Source of the DNA: Oikopleura dioica
Taxonomy: Eukaryota > Animalia > Chordata
Direction: 5' to 3'
Length of the DNA: 64,000 nt
NCBI GenBank assembly: GCA_907165135.1
Contig: OU015567.1
Location: 2,604,001-2,668,000, forward strand
Shown piece by piece: positions 10,823 through 23,484 of the stretch. Position numbers and translations under genes: made by a program. Below the pieces are notes generated by a model, which was given only the letters and a program-made list of their open reading frames with translations, ran no database searches and was not told the DNA's origin. Within the stretch, counting starts at the first letter, position 1, and the number at the start of each line of letters is the position of its first letter.

Positions 10823-11898
10823 GAGTGGAGGACTCTCGCCCAAGTGGACTCTCGCCCAAGTGGACTCCCGCCCAGGATGGACTCCCGCCCAAGTTGGGCG
10901 AGAGTCCTTTTGGGCAAGAGTCCATGTGGAAATTTTCAACAATGAGAAACAGAAAGTTGGGCGAGAGTCCATCTTGGGCGAGAGTCCTCCACTCCAATTG
11001 TTAATTACTTTTCAATGACAAAAGAAAGCAATGAGCTGTATGTAATAAATATGCAATGTACTTTATATAAATTAAAGTTAGGGTTAGGGGGCACTGGGCA
11101 AAATGACAGAACAACCTTACCCGAGGGGGATAGCCTATCCCGGATAGGCTAGGAATAGTTAGGGTTACTGAAGGTAACCCTAAGTAACCGTAGACTAGAC
11201 CCCGGCATTTTAGGACCTAAGGGGCGAAGCCCCGTGGTAAGGGGCAATTAGATTTGATAATTTCGGATGAAAAGTGGTGCAGTAGGACTAACCTTCTCTT
11301 TCAACCTAGTCGAGGATTAGCACTTTTTGAGAGTTCCAGTTTTATAAGCGAAGCGCAATATTTTCTCACATCAAAGAATTTATGCTTTCGCTTATCTTGC
11401 TGGACAAACCGAAACTGGAACTCTCAAAAAGTGCTAATCTTCGACTAGGTTGAAAGAGAAGGTCAGTCCTACTGCACCTCTTGTCAGCCAAAATTATCAA
11501 ATCTAATTGCCCCTTACCACGGGGCTTCGCCCCTTAGGTCCTAAGATTCCGGGGTCTAGTCTAGGGTTACTTAGGGTTACCCTCGGGTAAGGTTGTTCTG
11601 TCATTTTGCCCAGTGCCCCCTAACCCTAACTTTAGGGTTATAAAGTACATTGCATCTATATTATATACAGCTCATTGCTTTCTTTTGTCATTGAATAGTC
11701 ATTAACAATTGGAGTGGAGGACTCTCGCCGAAGTGGACTCTCGCCCAAGATGGACTCTCGCCCAACTTTCTGTTTCTCATGTTTGAAAATTTCCACATGG
11801 ACTCTCGCCTAAGATGGACTCCCGCCCAAGTTGGGCGAGAGTCCTTTGGGCGGGAGTCCACTTGGGCGAGAGTCCACTTGGGCGAGAGTCCTCCACTC
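10823..11898. mobile_element. 1076-bp foldback (near whole-length palindrome) element, Mutator/Foldback-like
   Basis: 9-bp TSD TCACGAAAT (10814..10822 and 11899..11907). Termini GAGTGGAGGACTC...GAGTCCTCCACTC, arms of about 500 bp, and subterminal 16-bp units GGACTCTCGCCCAAGT. Confidence 0.92.
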
Positions 11899-12230
11899 TC
11901 ACGAAATAGTAGCCTTTCAACCTGAATTCAGTCATCAATCATCCAGGAAGGTTTCCAATAAATAAATGTTCTTTTATCTTCACGCGTTTCTTAATTTGCT
12001 GCTAATTGAGAATCAGCGCCGCGAGGGAGGATTGACCTACCCCGAGGCGCGGTACTATCAAAAGCGGCGGCGCACCTCCAAGAAAGGTGCATTTTCATCG
12101 CCCGCATGTGGCGCTCACCTTTTAAATACAATTAAAAATACAATTATCCCTCGTTGTATTCACTTAGCAAGCAAACGAGTTGCCGATTTTTCTCAACCAA
12201 AAATCAAACTCTTTTCTAACTTTTGAAATC

Positions 12231-14155
12231 ATGGAAGAACTCGCCAAATTCGTTTCCGGACAATTCGCTTCGCCAAAAATCGCAGCTGAGAGACGCTTCA
12301 AGGATATTCTCAAGACCGAAGGTAACTTTTTCTTCAATATCTTGAAAGCCGACTACAGCTTCAAATCAAATGTTAATTAAAGGCGCGCGTGGTTTATGGC
12401 TTATTTTTCGCGGAAAGAAAGCTGAATTTGAATGCGAAATATTCCCTTTTTTATTTTTTCATCCAAATAACTTGAAATTTTTAGAGCAGGAAAATGGTCT
12501 TTCTGAGATGCAAGACCCAGCGCCAAAGACGAGGCTTTTCCGACCGCATGAGCATGTTCCAGCTCTTGATCTTTCTCCAAGTAAGTTTCCAAGTTCTTTG
12601 CAGATATTTATTTTACCCCTCAAGTTGAAGCTGAACCCTAACCCGAGTATGGCTTCGAATTGATTCTTGATTGTCAATTGCGCATCATGCACAGACTGTG
12701 CATTGCACAGTGAATGTTGATTGAGCCACTTAGCGTTATCTATTTATTGATAATTGTTAAATAACAATTGCGGTTTTGTATTTTGGCAGAAAAGCATTTT
12801 GCCGCGGTAAATTTAGCTCATTGCGGCATGAAATTTGACAAATTGCATTCCACTAATGGGACGGAATTGCGATTTAATTGAAGCGCGATAATTATTAAAT
12901 ACAAATTTAATCAAATATTGATCAAATCAATCTACCTCCCCTTTTTGTAAGCGGCGAATTAAGTTGGAGGCTTCTCACTTCAAATCAAAAATTACGCTCC
13001 ATTATAATGAAACACACGAAAAATACAGTCTCCTGGCTTAATCTGATGATAACATCTTAATTTGGTAAAATAATCCTATTCCCCTCTTGCTGTTAATTAG
13101 CTTAGATTTAACCGAGACTGATAATTGCATTGCCGGTAATATTTTAATTATATCATTACTGTAACTTAGTAGCGCAATAATGCAATCAATTACTCAACTT
13201 GCGGCGCAACAAACAAGCTCCAAATTGATTTATTAGACCAAAGTTGTTGAAATCAATCGATTTTCCTTTTATTATCAACCAGGAGCTTAAAATTCTATTA
13301 CAGGAACAACGAACATCAACCATCAAGATCCGCAAATCTCGCCTGAAAATCTTAGCAAAGACAAGCAAAAACAACGAAGATCAAGGTTCAAACAAAGCAA
13401 ACAGTTCAGACTTCAATTCTTTTCTAGAACCAATTTTACGATGGAACAGATCCACGCGCTAGAAACACTCTTCGAGCAAACTCACTACCCAGATGCATTC
13501 ATGCGCGAAGAGCTCAGTCAAAATCTCGGTCTTTCCGAAGCCCGAGTGCAAGTCTGGTTTCAAAATCGAAGAGCAAAATCGCGAAAGCAAGAATCCAACG
13601 AGGCGACTCACGCTTCCATTCCGGGCACTCTTCGACAACATGCAAAGGTATGTGTCAAAGACTTGCGAATAGTCATTTCTCATCGTGGATTTTTAGATGG
13701 CTGGATTCGCAATGCGATCAGGCGGGATTGTATCATCCTGTCGACCTCAACTACCGGTCGCGATTCAACCGCCGATCCAAATGTGCGATGACTTGGTTTC
13801 CCGCTCTCTTCTTTCTGCTTATCATCAAGCTAATGACAGGTAAAAACCACCAATAAGAGTCTTCAAGGCTTAATTCCTCAATTCTAGCGCTCAATTTGCG
13901 CGACTCTCCGCTCTGCTCCAGCTGCAGCGCCTCCGTCAACCAGCGCTGATCTCCCCACTTCTTCGCTTCCCTCCACTTTTCCACATCCCTCCTGTTCAAT
14001 TTCCACATGCTTCTGTCGAGCCTCAAGCTAGCGTTTCTGTCGTCTCGGAGGCCGAAACTGATTCAAGCCCTACAAGAGCGAATCAAGAGCAACGAGATGA
14101 AGAGATTGGTGGGGAAAATGAAGAGATCAAAAACGAAGATCTGGATGTCGTTTAA
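12231..14155 (+). CDS. Shox: Short stature homeobox (PRD class, Q50)
   Basis: N-terminus [12 protein letters not shown] resembles SHOX MEELTAFVSKSF. Spliced homeodomain KQRRSR|[59 protein letters not shown] introns with consistent phases (e.g. 13386..13427); stop at 14153..14155. Confidence 0.9.
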
Positions 14156-14427
14156 AAAATCAGTTTCAAACATGATTATTTTTTGTTCTTTGTTCATCTG
14201 CAAATAAATAGCATTTTTTAATACAGTCATTTTTTCAATGTTTTCCATTTTCAAAGCAGTGCCCATGAATATAAAATGACGCAATAATCAAGATCGCGTA
14301 AAGAATCGCAGCTAAAAATAAATTTTCATCGTTTTTTAGAATTTCATTCAGAGCTAACCAAAAGCGATGATATAAGCATAAATCTTCCCGAGCGAGTTCA
14401 TTCTCTCTGGAGTGTTTTGGTTGTAGT

Positions 14428-15218
14428 TAGGGCTGTGATACAAAAATCGGCCCCAAGAAATACCTTAAGGGGGTACATCCGACTATTTCTTCTAGGTTCT
14501 TTGGGACCCCCAAAAACTTGTGGACCAAAAAAAAATCGATTCTCTAAGGGAATCCCTCTGATTTTTCATATTGAAAATACGAAAAATGGCCGAAATCGGT
14601 TTTTTGGCCAGCGAGGAAATTTGGACCAATTTTTGGCCTTTTCTCGGCGGCAGCATCTTCTTCGCTACATTTTCTAACCCCAGTCAGTGCATCTCGGGAT
14701 AAAAAAATTTCGCTTCAGAAAATTTTTGAAAAAACCGGAAAGGATTTTCGTAAAATTTTAGGTTCGCCGCCTTTGACGGCTTCCTTGACTATTAAATTTA
14801 AGGGGCTTGAGATCGGCGTCGGACTCTGAGGTGATCAATCCCAGTTATGTCCCCAACCCCACCCACACCCATTAGGGATGAAAATACAATTTATTCAAGT
14901 TTTCCGCTTAATTATGGTTTTTCAAAAATTTTCTGAAGCGAAAATTTTTTTATCCCGAGATGCACTCACTGGGGTTTTCAAAGGTCCTGAAGAAGATGCT
15001 GGCGGAATAAAAACCCAAAAAATATTGATTCCCGTCCCTCGCTGACCAAAAAACCAAGATTTTTGACGAAAAAGTGAGTTTTTGGGGGCTAGACCCTTAA
15101 ATTTTTCAAAAATTTTATTTTTTTTAGAAAGCCCAGTTCCAACTTAGTATGTCCCAGAAAACAAAATTTGGGGATTACGTAATCCTAGAGATGGGCTATT
15201 TTTTGTATCACAGCCCTA
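14428..15218. mobile_element. hAT-like non-autonomous element (791 bp)
   Basis: 8-bp TSD GTTGTAGT (14420..14427 and 15219..15226). 19-bp perfect TIR TAGGGCTGTGATACAAAAA. Internal inverted repeat at ~14590..14740 / ~14915..15060. Confidence 0.9.
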
Positions 15219-15905
15219 GTTGTAGTAAAATCGTTCTTTGATCATTTTTGTAAAAAAAAATAAAAGCCGCGCTTTACTGAAGAGACGGAATAAAGAAAAC
15301 CGCGAGTCGATCGGCTTCCAGTCAATTTTTTGGTATTCAAAAAACTGACAGTCTTGATATACAAACTAATTACTGGTGATCGCAGATTTTGACAGGCATT
15401 CTATAGTTGGGAAATATGCAGATTTATTAAAATTTGGCGAAAATTATCAAAAAAAGCGTTGAAAAATTATCATAAAACAGCCGAATCTGACATAAATGAC
15501 CCATTCAAAATAGGCGATAATGGTAAAATAATGGTCAAAAGCCTTTACAAGCTTCCTCCTGTTCCAAATTAGAACCTAACTTGCCCACTCTCAAAAAAGC
15601 TGAAATAAGAAATCAAAAAAGCAAGAGAAGATAACCCTCAAGAAAAGCCTCTTCTGGAGAGCCACCTAAATCAATACGCGCTGACAACGTTAAAATAGGC
15701 TGATTGAGATACCGTCAAGATAGACTCCAAAACTCTAGGACTAAGAGTGAAGAATAATCCAACGTGCCATTTTTTTTTTGTTCACATGATCTGAAATTTT
15801 GAATTTTTCTCACTGAGCGCCCGCCGGGTAAAATCACAAAACGTGCGGTTTTATGCCCCTTCCGTCAATTTAAAACAACCGAGAGAGAAAGAGAGAAGAA
15901 AAACT

Positions 15906-17228
15906 ATGCTGCAGAAAATAATCGAAGCCTTTTGCAAATTTTTAAATGGAAATAAAATTCTCGGCGTTTTTATCTTATTCGGAATTAATCTTTTTTATAT
16001 TGAGAAATTGGCTGATTTACTGAAGAGTAATGTTTGTGGCCATCAAAAAGGTAAACAGGAAATACCATAAGTTCATTAAAAAAGTTATTTTTATATAAAT
16101 TTTTGTTTATCTAAATAATGAACATCCAGATTTTGTCCCCATGATTAATTGGCTTATCAGCTTCATTATAATCATTTTCAAGAAAAACAAAAACACGACT
16201 ACTTGACGCAAAAATACTGTTCTGACACAGACATTGAATACCAAGGCCACCTCAATATCAGTTTCCACCAGCTTCCTCTTTCCTTCGCCGAAATAGCAAG
16301 AAGAGAAAGCCCAGATTCAACTGCCCTATTTACAGCAAGCACATGCATTCCTCCAAAAAACTCGCGTGTCGCAATCATCATTCCATTCCGAGACGAAGCA
16401 AAAGCGAAAACAAGAACAAGACATCTTCAATATTTACTTCAGTACATGATTCCTGGTAAGAAAAGGCTTGCAGATCAATATGACCGAAAATTCTAGTGCT
16501 GAAAAGACAGCAGCTTCATTTTCGCTTCTACATTATCAATCAACTCCCCGGAGCTCCATTTAACCGAGCAAAATTGCTGAACATTGGATTTGTTGAAGCA
16601 TTAAAAGATGACTCGACGATGGACTGCTTCGTTTTTCACGATGTTGATCTTGTTCTGGAAAACGACCGATGCTTGTATTCATGTGATGGCTATCCAAATC
16701 ACTATTCCGTGGCGATTGATAAGTTCAGATATCGAGTTCCCTATGAGAAGATATTCGGCGGTATCATTCAGCTGGACAGGGAGACTTTTAGGTCTCTCAA
16801 TGGTTTCAGGTAAGAGATGAAAGTCTTCTATTCATTATATTTTCAGCAACGAGTTTTGGGGCTGGGGAGGAGAAGACGACGACATGTTCCGACGAGTGGA
16901 ACAAGGAGAGCAGCTTCAAATTCGTCGAAAAGAATCGAAGTACGCGCGGTACAAAATGATCGAACACAAACACGAATCCGGTAATCGCAAGAATCTTGAA
17001 AGACGACCAATGGTCAACAGATGGAACTACCCACCTTTGGTAGAGAAGAAGTTCTGGAAAATGGACGGGCTCAATAACTTGGAATATGAAGTCGTCGACA
17101 AGTATGTAAATCATTGTTTTGTCAATGTCACTGTTGATATACTGTATGAACACAGAGCGAGTCCAGAAGAGCTTATGCTGGACGAGCTACCGGATGAAAT
17201 TTTTAATAAGAAGCGAATAACTGCCTAA
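15906..17228 (+). CDS. Beta-1,4-galactosyltransferase (GT7 family)
   Basis: Type II anchor, RVAIIIPFR, FNRAKLLNIG, CFVFHDVD, FGG and WGWGGEDDD motifs across spliced exons. Confidence 0.92.
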
Positions 17229-17326
17229 TAAAGACTTCAAAAAAATCATAATGGATTCTGAATTTCAAAATTGACGTTTCGAAAAAGGAAAAATTTCAAT
17301 AATTTTGAGCTAATTGAATATTTTAA

Positions 17327-18063
17327 GGGACCCGGGCGAGTAACGCGAAGGCCAACTTCACGCGCTCGCCATTGATCTTTCAGAAAAGCTTTTTTGAAAT
17401 TTGTTTTTGCTAAACATATCTTCATTTACTCAGCTTTCATCTCCAATTTTCAGATTTTTTATATCATACTTAAATCTTGAGCTAGAGTGAAAAAGAGAAG
17501 TTCAACTTCAAAGGGCATCAACTCCTGCAAACTTCATTCTATTGACATGAAACCAGCACCATTGAAAAGCTCATTAAATTCTGAACAGATCATACTTAAT
17601 GCGCTAAGCTGGAACTCTACTAATTGCCCTGAACGCGCTGATAAACGAACGGACTGAGCGCTCGCAGCAAGGCAGGACACTCCGATCGGGCTATTTTGGG
17701 CTCCCGGGACATGATTCCCGCTGCGCGCGCACTAAGTTTTCTTGTTTACCTGGCCTTAATCGCTCATTACTGCAGTTTCAGCTTAGCGCATTAAGTATGA
17801 TCTGTTCAGAATTTAATGGGCTTTTCAATGGTGCTGGTTTCATGTCAATCAAATGGAGTTTGCAGGAGTTGATGCCTTTTGAAGTTGAACTTCTCTTTTT
17901 CACTCTAGCTCAAGAATTAAGTATGATATAAAATATCTGAAAGTAGGAGATGAAAGCTGAGTGAATGAAAATATGTTTAGCAAAAAGAAATTTCAAAAAA
18001 GCTTTTCTGAAAGATCAATGGCGAGCGCGTGAAGTTGGCCTTCGCGTTACTCGCCCGGGTCCC
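17327..18063. mobile_element. TTAA-flanked palindromic MITE (Kolobok-like), 737 bp
   Basis: TTAA at 17323..17326 and 18064..18067. Inverted arms of about 290 bp start GGGACCCGGGCGAGTAACGCG and show few mismatches; the spacer of about 160 bp is more GC-rich. Confidence 0.92.
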
Positions 18064-18632
18064 TTAAACTGAAAAAGCACTTTGCAGGAGGGGCGGCTTG
18101 CCCATCAATGACATCATCAATCGAATCCTTATCGTCATTAATTGTGATCATCAGCGTTTAACGATTGTCTGAAGAGGTCTAGTCAGAGAAATTTTATTGC
18201 GAAAAAAGATCGTTTCATTTTTTGGTGTGAATTTTGAAATACCAGTGGGCTTATCAGAAGATCAGAACTATCAGAAAATAACACTTCGTAATCCACGGTA
18301 GCGTTTGCTTGTATCCAAGCTCGGAAGAAGAAGAGCAGCCCTCTCACTTTTGGTCAAGAGACGTCTTGGAAAATCAAGACAATTACGTTTCGTTATAAAT
18401 ACTTTCGGTTCTTGAGAACGGAATCGATCAATGTAATCCTCGGGCAGCTTGACAAGCAAGAGCGCAAATAGTTGATAGCACCAAAATTCCATAGAAGTCA
18501 AAAAACATGAAAACAGTCTTGAGAAAGCAGAAAATCATGAGAAAAAAGAGAGAGAAACCACCTCAAGATATTTGGTTCCAAAACTGCCCAGAAAAGTAAT
18601 TCTTTGATGATGAAATTTTCTTATAAATTTTA

Positions 18633-21600
18633 GGCTTTATTTTGGCGGGCTCAAGTGGTCGATAAATAGCGGTTTCCTGACTGAAAAGTATGAATTCCCG
18701 TATTTGGCAGTCCCCTTCATCAGATTAAAAGACATCTCGTTCTTCTACGTCAACCTCTTAGAGAATGGAACCGCCTCCAGTACAGATTTGATTTTTTACG
18801 ATAGTAAGGAGACAAACTGGAAAGTCATCAAGAAATTGGTTTTAAAACTTAGAAAAATTGATCAAATTTATTGAAAAAATTTTTCCAAAAATAGTCCCAA
18901 AGTTTTAAAACCCTGAAAAAGGATGATTTTCTTTCGGCTCATTCTCCATTAACCGATCAGTTCTGCCCTGAGAAACTTTCTCCCTGGAAAGTTCACTGTG
19001 AATGCTTTCGAGATGAAATCTGCCCTTGCGGAAAATCGAAATTCTTCAACGTCCGTGGACCTGATATGTCGATTTCTTGCAGTAAAGTCCGCCCGTGTCA
19101 CTCGTCTTTGCCCGATCAAGTTCTGCCAATGACAATTCCTTCATCGGACAGCCCTGGTGACTCCATTCAAAAAGCTACCATCAACAGAGAAGCTCTACAC
19201 TACGAGATCAAAGTATTCGATGAGTACTACTCCTTTATCACCAGCGAGTGGGACTCCTATTGCCTCGAAAACAACTGGATGCTGTGGCAAACGAAAGACG
19301 ACCAAATTTACCGCCAATATGCTGGATTCTGCAGCTACGAGTGGCTGCTAAAAGACTTCCATCCGGACACGGGTAAAATCAGTGGGCTTGAGATTGATTC
19401 GAATCTTGAGTACTTCTCCGATAATAATTTTGGCACAGTCAGTGAATTTTCGCCCCAAAAAAATCAGCTCCCTTCCTGTGAGAAAGAAAACTGCAACATT
19501 TTTCGGTATGGCAATGGTTCTTCTAGCAAATACAAGACATTTAAAGGTACCCCTTTAAGAAGAACACGCACGAAACTAAACAAATCTTCATGACCCGAAC
19601 TGACTATACCAACAAATGGACATGCATCGAGTAAATTCAGAAACTCAGACTTATCTCTTTCAAATATTTATTCAGGTCTTCAACAGAAAAACTGATATTT
19701 GAGCGTGATACGCTGAGCAACTTGTGGGACGATAGATGGACGTTGTATAAAGAACAGTCAGAGAGTGGAAGTCGTCTTATTTACTCGCGATCATATGGCT
19801 TAGCCAAGTGCCCGAGCCAGCTTAGGAACTCGTTCGGTGTTTGCGATTCCATGGGCTGCGAGAAGCCGCTCTTTGAAAAGGACATCGTCAAGGAGCGCGA
19901 AAACGATTCGTTTGACTGGCATAATGCTTGTGAAACATTTACCTGTCCAGATGTCAATTTTGACGGGAGAAGAGTTAAATTCTGGTCAAGTTACCATTAC
20001 TGGAGCAATAAAGACATGAGCATCTTTCGAGGATGCTCAGCGTTTTTCCTGAAAAAACTTGACGGAAAAGAAGATGTAGAAGAACATGAGTATCAAAGAC
20101 TTTTCAACGTCTATTCTCGCTGTCTGCCAGACATTTCGACCTTCAACAAGCGAATTTGCCCATCGAGTGTCTCTTTTGGAAATGAGACATTAATGATATC
20201 GTCATTCTTGACAGACGTTTCGAGGTACAAAGGTGATGTGTTGGAAATCTCGGAGGATCCAATCAACGAGCCAGGAATCGTGTCTATCTTCAAGGGAGAG
20301 AAGAACAGACGCTGCAGAGTGGCAACAGCTGAGGCGGAATCACTTAACTGGTGCGTTGGTGACCTTGATTTCGTCTACAATAAGACCGAGTCATGCATGG
20401 AAAATTCAAATGAAAAGTACTCGATTGGCCTTCCTTTTCACCAAATTGATTCTCCGGACCGAGAGTGCCCGAAGAGCTGCTTCTTTTGGGCTTTTCCTGA
20501 TATGCCGATTGTCATGGGACAGATCAACGGAACCAACACCTGGTCGACATTTAACGATGAGCATATTCAATCAAGAATTTACCTTGAAAATAATCTCTGG
20601 AAGTTCGAAGTAACTTATGATCAGTGGGGCATGCTTGGAAACTCAACAACCCTGCAGGCTAAATTTGAAGGCCAATGTCCAGACATGGTAACATTTTTCG
20701 ATGAAAACGGGCTCGCGCAAACAACACCTTGCCTCACTAATGATAGCTTCCTTGGAGGTCGATTTTTCACCAATTTGACTCGGCCAAGGCCTTATTTTAA
20801 GCATTGCCCATTTATTAAAATCGACAGTCTTTGGCTTGCCTTGTCCAAAGACGAAGCAGGAGTCTGGTGGTCGGAAAACGACAATCATGTTTTAAAAAGA
20901 CATGAAAACACGCTACATTGGACATTGATCAACAAAGATGGGGAAATTCTAGAGCAGACAAATGATCTAGCAGCTGAGTTTCCCAACACTGTCAATTCTT
21001 GGTACAAAATTGAGTCCAACGAAAATGAGCAGGCAAAAATACCATTGATGTTTGAAAAATTTCCAAAATGCTTCTCTGAAAGGCTAGTCGAGGAAGTCCC
21101 AGTAATTCCACCCGAAGAAGTGGCGAATAATCCCTGGGCATTGTTCATCATCGCTGTTCTTTCCTTGATAACAGTTGTTCTTCTTGTGATTGTTACGAAA
21201 TTGGCGGCGAAGAAGATCAGATATGCTTTCGGAATGAACAGCAAGTATTTTCGCCAAATTTTGCCGAGCAATTTGAACGAAAAATTCAGCGACGCGCTTG
21301 TTGATAAGTTCGTCAAAATTGGTAATGCAAACCCTAAAGTAGCCCGTAACCAAGGTTTCAGATCAACTTGAAAACAACCAGGAGGAAATTCTTGGCAAAG
21401 GTCATTATGGAAAGGTCACGTGCGGAACGCTCGATATCGTTGGAACTGATGGCGGATCGAAGAAGATCAAAGTCGCGGTAAAATCGCTTCATAAAACTTG
21501 CTGCGAGGGAAAAGGGATGAACTGCCCGAGTGTTAACGAGCTGCTGATGGAAGCCGGACTCATGTGCACTTTTGAGCATGAGCATGTTTTGGAACGGATA

Positions 21601-22666
21601 AGATGATATACACACATGTAACATGTTAGCTGCAATATCTTGTTTTTTTTGTGACAAACAGAATCGTATCCATGATAAGTCAATCACAGCTGTTTCTGTG
21701 GACAAATTCTACCACCCGATCATCATTCTCCCCTACTGTTCGAATGGCACACTCGAATCGCTCGTCAAGTCCCCAGCTCCTTTACGCTTTCTGTCAGCTC
21801 TAGAAATCCTCATCAACTGCGCAGATGCCCTCGACTATCTCGCCCAGCGAAGCATCATTCACCGAGACATCGCTCTACGAAACGTTCTTCTTGACGAGCG
21901 ATTCCGACCGAAAATCACCGACTTTGGATTGGCGAAATATTCAGAGAAGGAGTTTCAGACGGCTTACTACACTGCCGAGACAAAGAGAGCTCTTCCAGTT
22001 GAAAATCGCTCGCCGGAAGTTTTGACAGACTTGGAGTTCTCGACTTACTCGGACATCTGGGCCTTTGGAATTCTCATGTGGCAGACGATTACTAGGGGTT
22101 GTGCTCCATATTCTGTTTCCGGCCTCGAAGGTACTCCCCTAAAAGAGATTCTTTTTTGATCCGACAATTCTAGAGCTTCGGGAAAAGGTTGCAATCCGTC
22201 GAGCAATCCCATATCGCCCGGAAATCCTAAATGGAGACGATTATTTGAACATGACTTGGCATACGTTGACGGAATGCTGGGCGTATGACAGGAAGAAGAG
22301 AAGGAATTTCAAACACTATGCGAATGTCCTTGTTCAGATTCGAAAAGGAGTTGCTAATGAGGAGTTTTTGAAGAACTTGCATCTCTCTTCAGATTGTCGG
22401 AGAGACCAACAAGAGAGTGGTGCGTCTGGAAAATTGCCTGTTGGCGGATATGGGTAAGGAAAACAAAATTATGGTCCTTGCTTCATAAGTTTCATATTTC
22501 ATGGTCATAAGTCCAAATCAAATATTCTAGTGAGCACGAAATTGTCGTCAACACTGGCTACTCTGCGGATATCCAAGCCTCTTTTTCGAAAGAATCGACA
22601 GAACTTTTCAACGATGCGTACCAAACGAGCTCATCAGCAACTCAAAACTTTGGATATACTGCCTGA
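18633..22666 (+). CDS. Receptor tyrosine kinase with MET/RON-like kinase domain and unfamiliar Cys/Trp-rich ectodomain (start not resolved)
   Basis: Large ectodomain exons (19066..19593, 19722..21371) and TM segment PWALFIIAVLSLITVVLLVIV. Kinase motifs LGKGHYGKV, VAVKSL, HRDIALRNVLL, KITDFGLAK and SDIWAFGILMWQTITRGCAPY; last exon stop at 22664..22666. Confidence 0.85.
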
Positions 22667-23484
22667 TCATCATTTTAAAATTGTAAAACCACCGCATTGT
22701 AAAGTAAAACTCCCTTGTTGCCCAATATTTATGATGATTAAATTGCAAAATGGACATTAAGACTTAGGAATTTTCGATTGCTATGAATCCAACCGCAATT
22801 ATTGTTATCTTAGTTAATTTTTTTCATGTCAATTTGGCCGCCTAAGCTGTTAAATCCGATTTATCATCAAAAGAAAGTGTATAAGGGAAGTCTATCTTAG
22901 ATTAATAGAAAATCAAACATAAATTTTTATTTATAAATTCCATTTTGTCGGGCAAGAATCTTAATGTCAACTTTAGAGTCAAAAATAACGACTTCGCTCT
23001 GAGAACGAGTATCAATTTTCACACCGGAAAAGCTTCGGAAAAACATCTTAATTCCCTAATTAAAGCTTCTGGTTAACAGAAAATGGTCAAAATTGGCGCT
23101 GGTTTAATGAGTTGTATGGAGACTGATTGTGACCTAGCGTAATTATATGAGATTACGACCTGCGTAGCAGAGAGCAACTCCGAGCTCTTGATCATTTTTA
23201 CCTGCGAGACAAGAGACAGAAAAGAAACAAAAGCGAAAGGAAGAGAGGGAGAGAGAAATCAAACTTTGAAATAGGGAAGAGGTCAAGAATTTCGGAAGAA
23301 GATCATTTATTGAAAGGATTTACAATCATTTTATATTCATCATCGCAGATTAAGAATACTGAAAAACTAAAAGTGAAATTAAGAAAACCACTTTATGGTT
23401 CTTTTTGATTATTAAGTTCCGTTTTTTTTTTAATCCAATCAAAACATAAATTCGACAATTTTAAGCCTCTCAAAGTCACCGAAA

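Noticed and set aside
10823-10900. 16-bp tandem repeats resembling a CRISPR or iteron array
   Set aside because: There are no unique spacers, the units are subterminal repeats of a TIR/TSD-bounded foldback element, and the context is eukaryotic.
14465-15100. Possible nested TTAA element inside the hAT MITE (TTAAGGGGG...CCCTTAA)
   Set aside because: The ends share only GGG, and the internal inverted repeat is centred on the hAT termini rather than on these TTAA sites.
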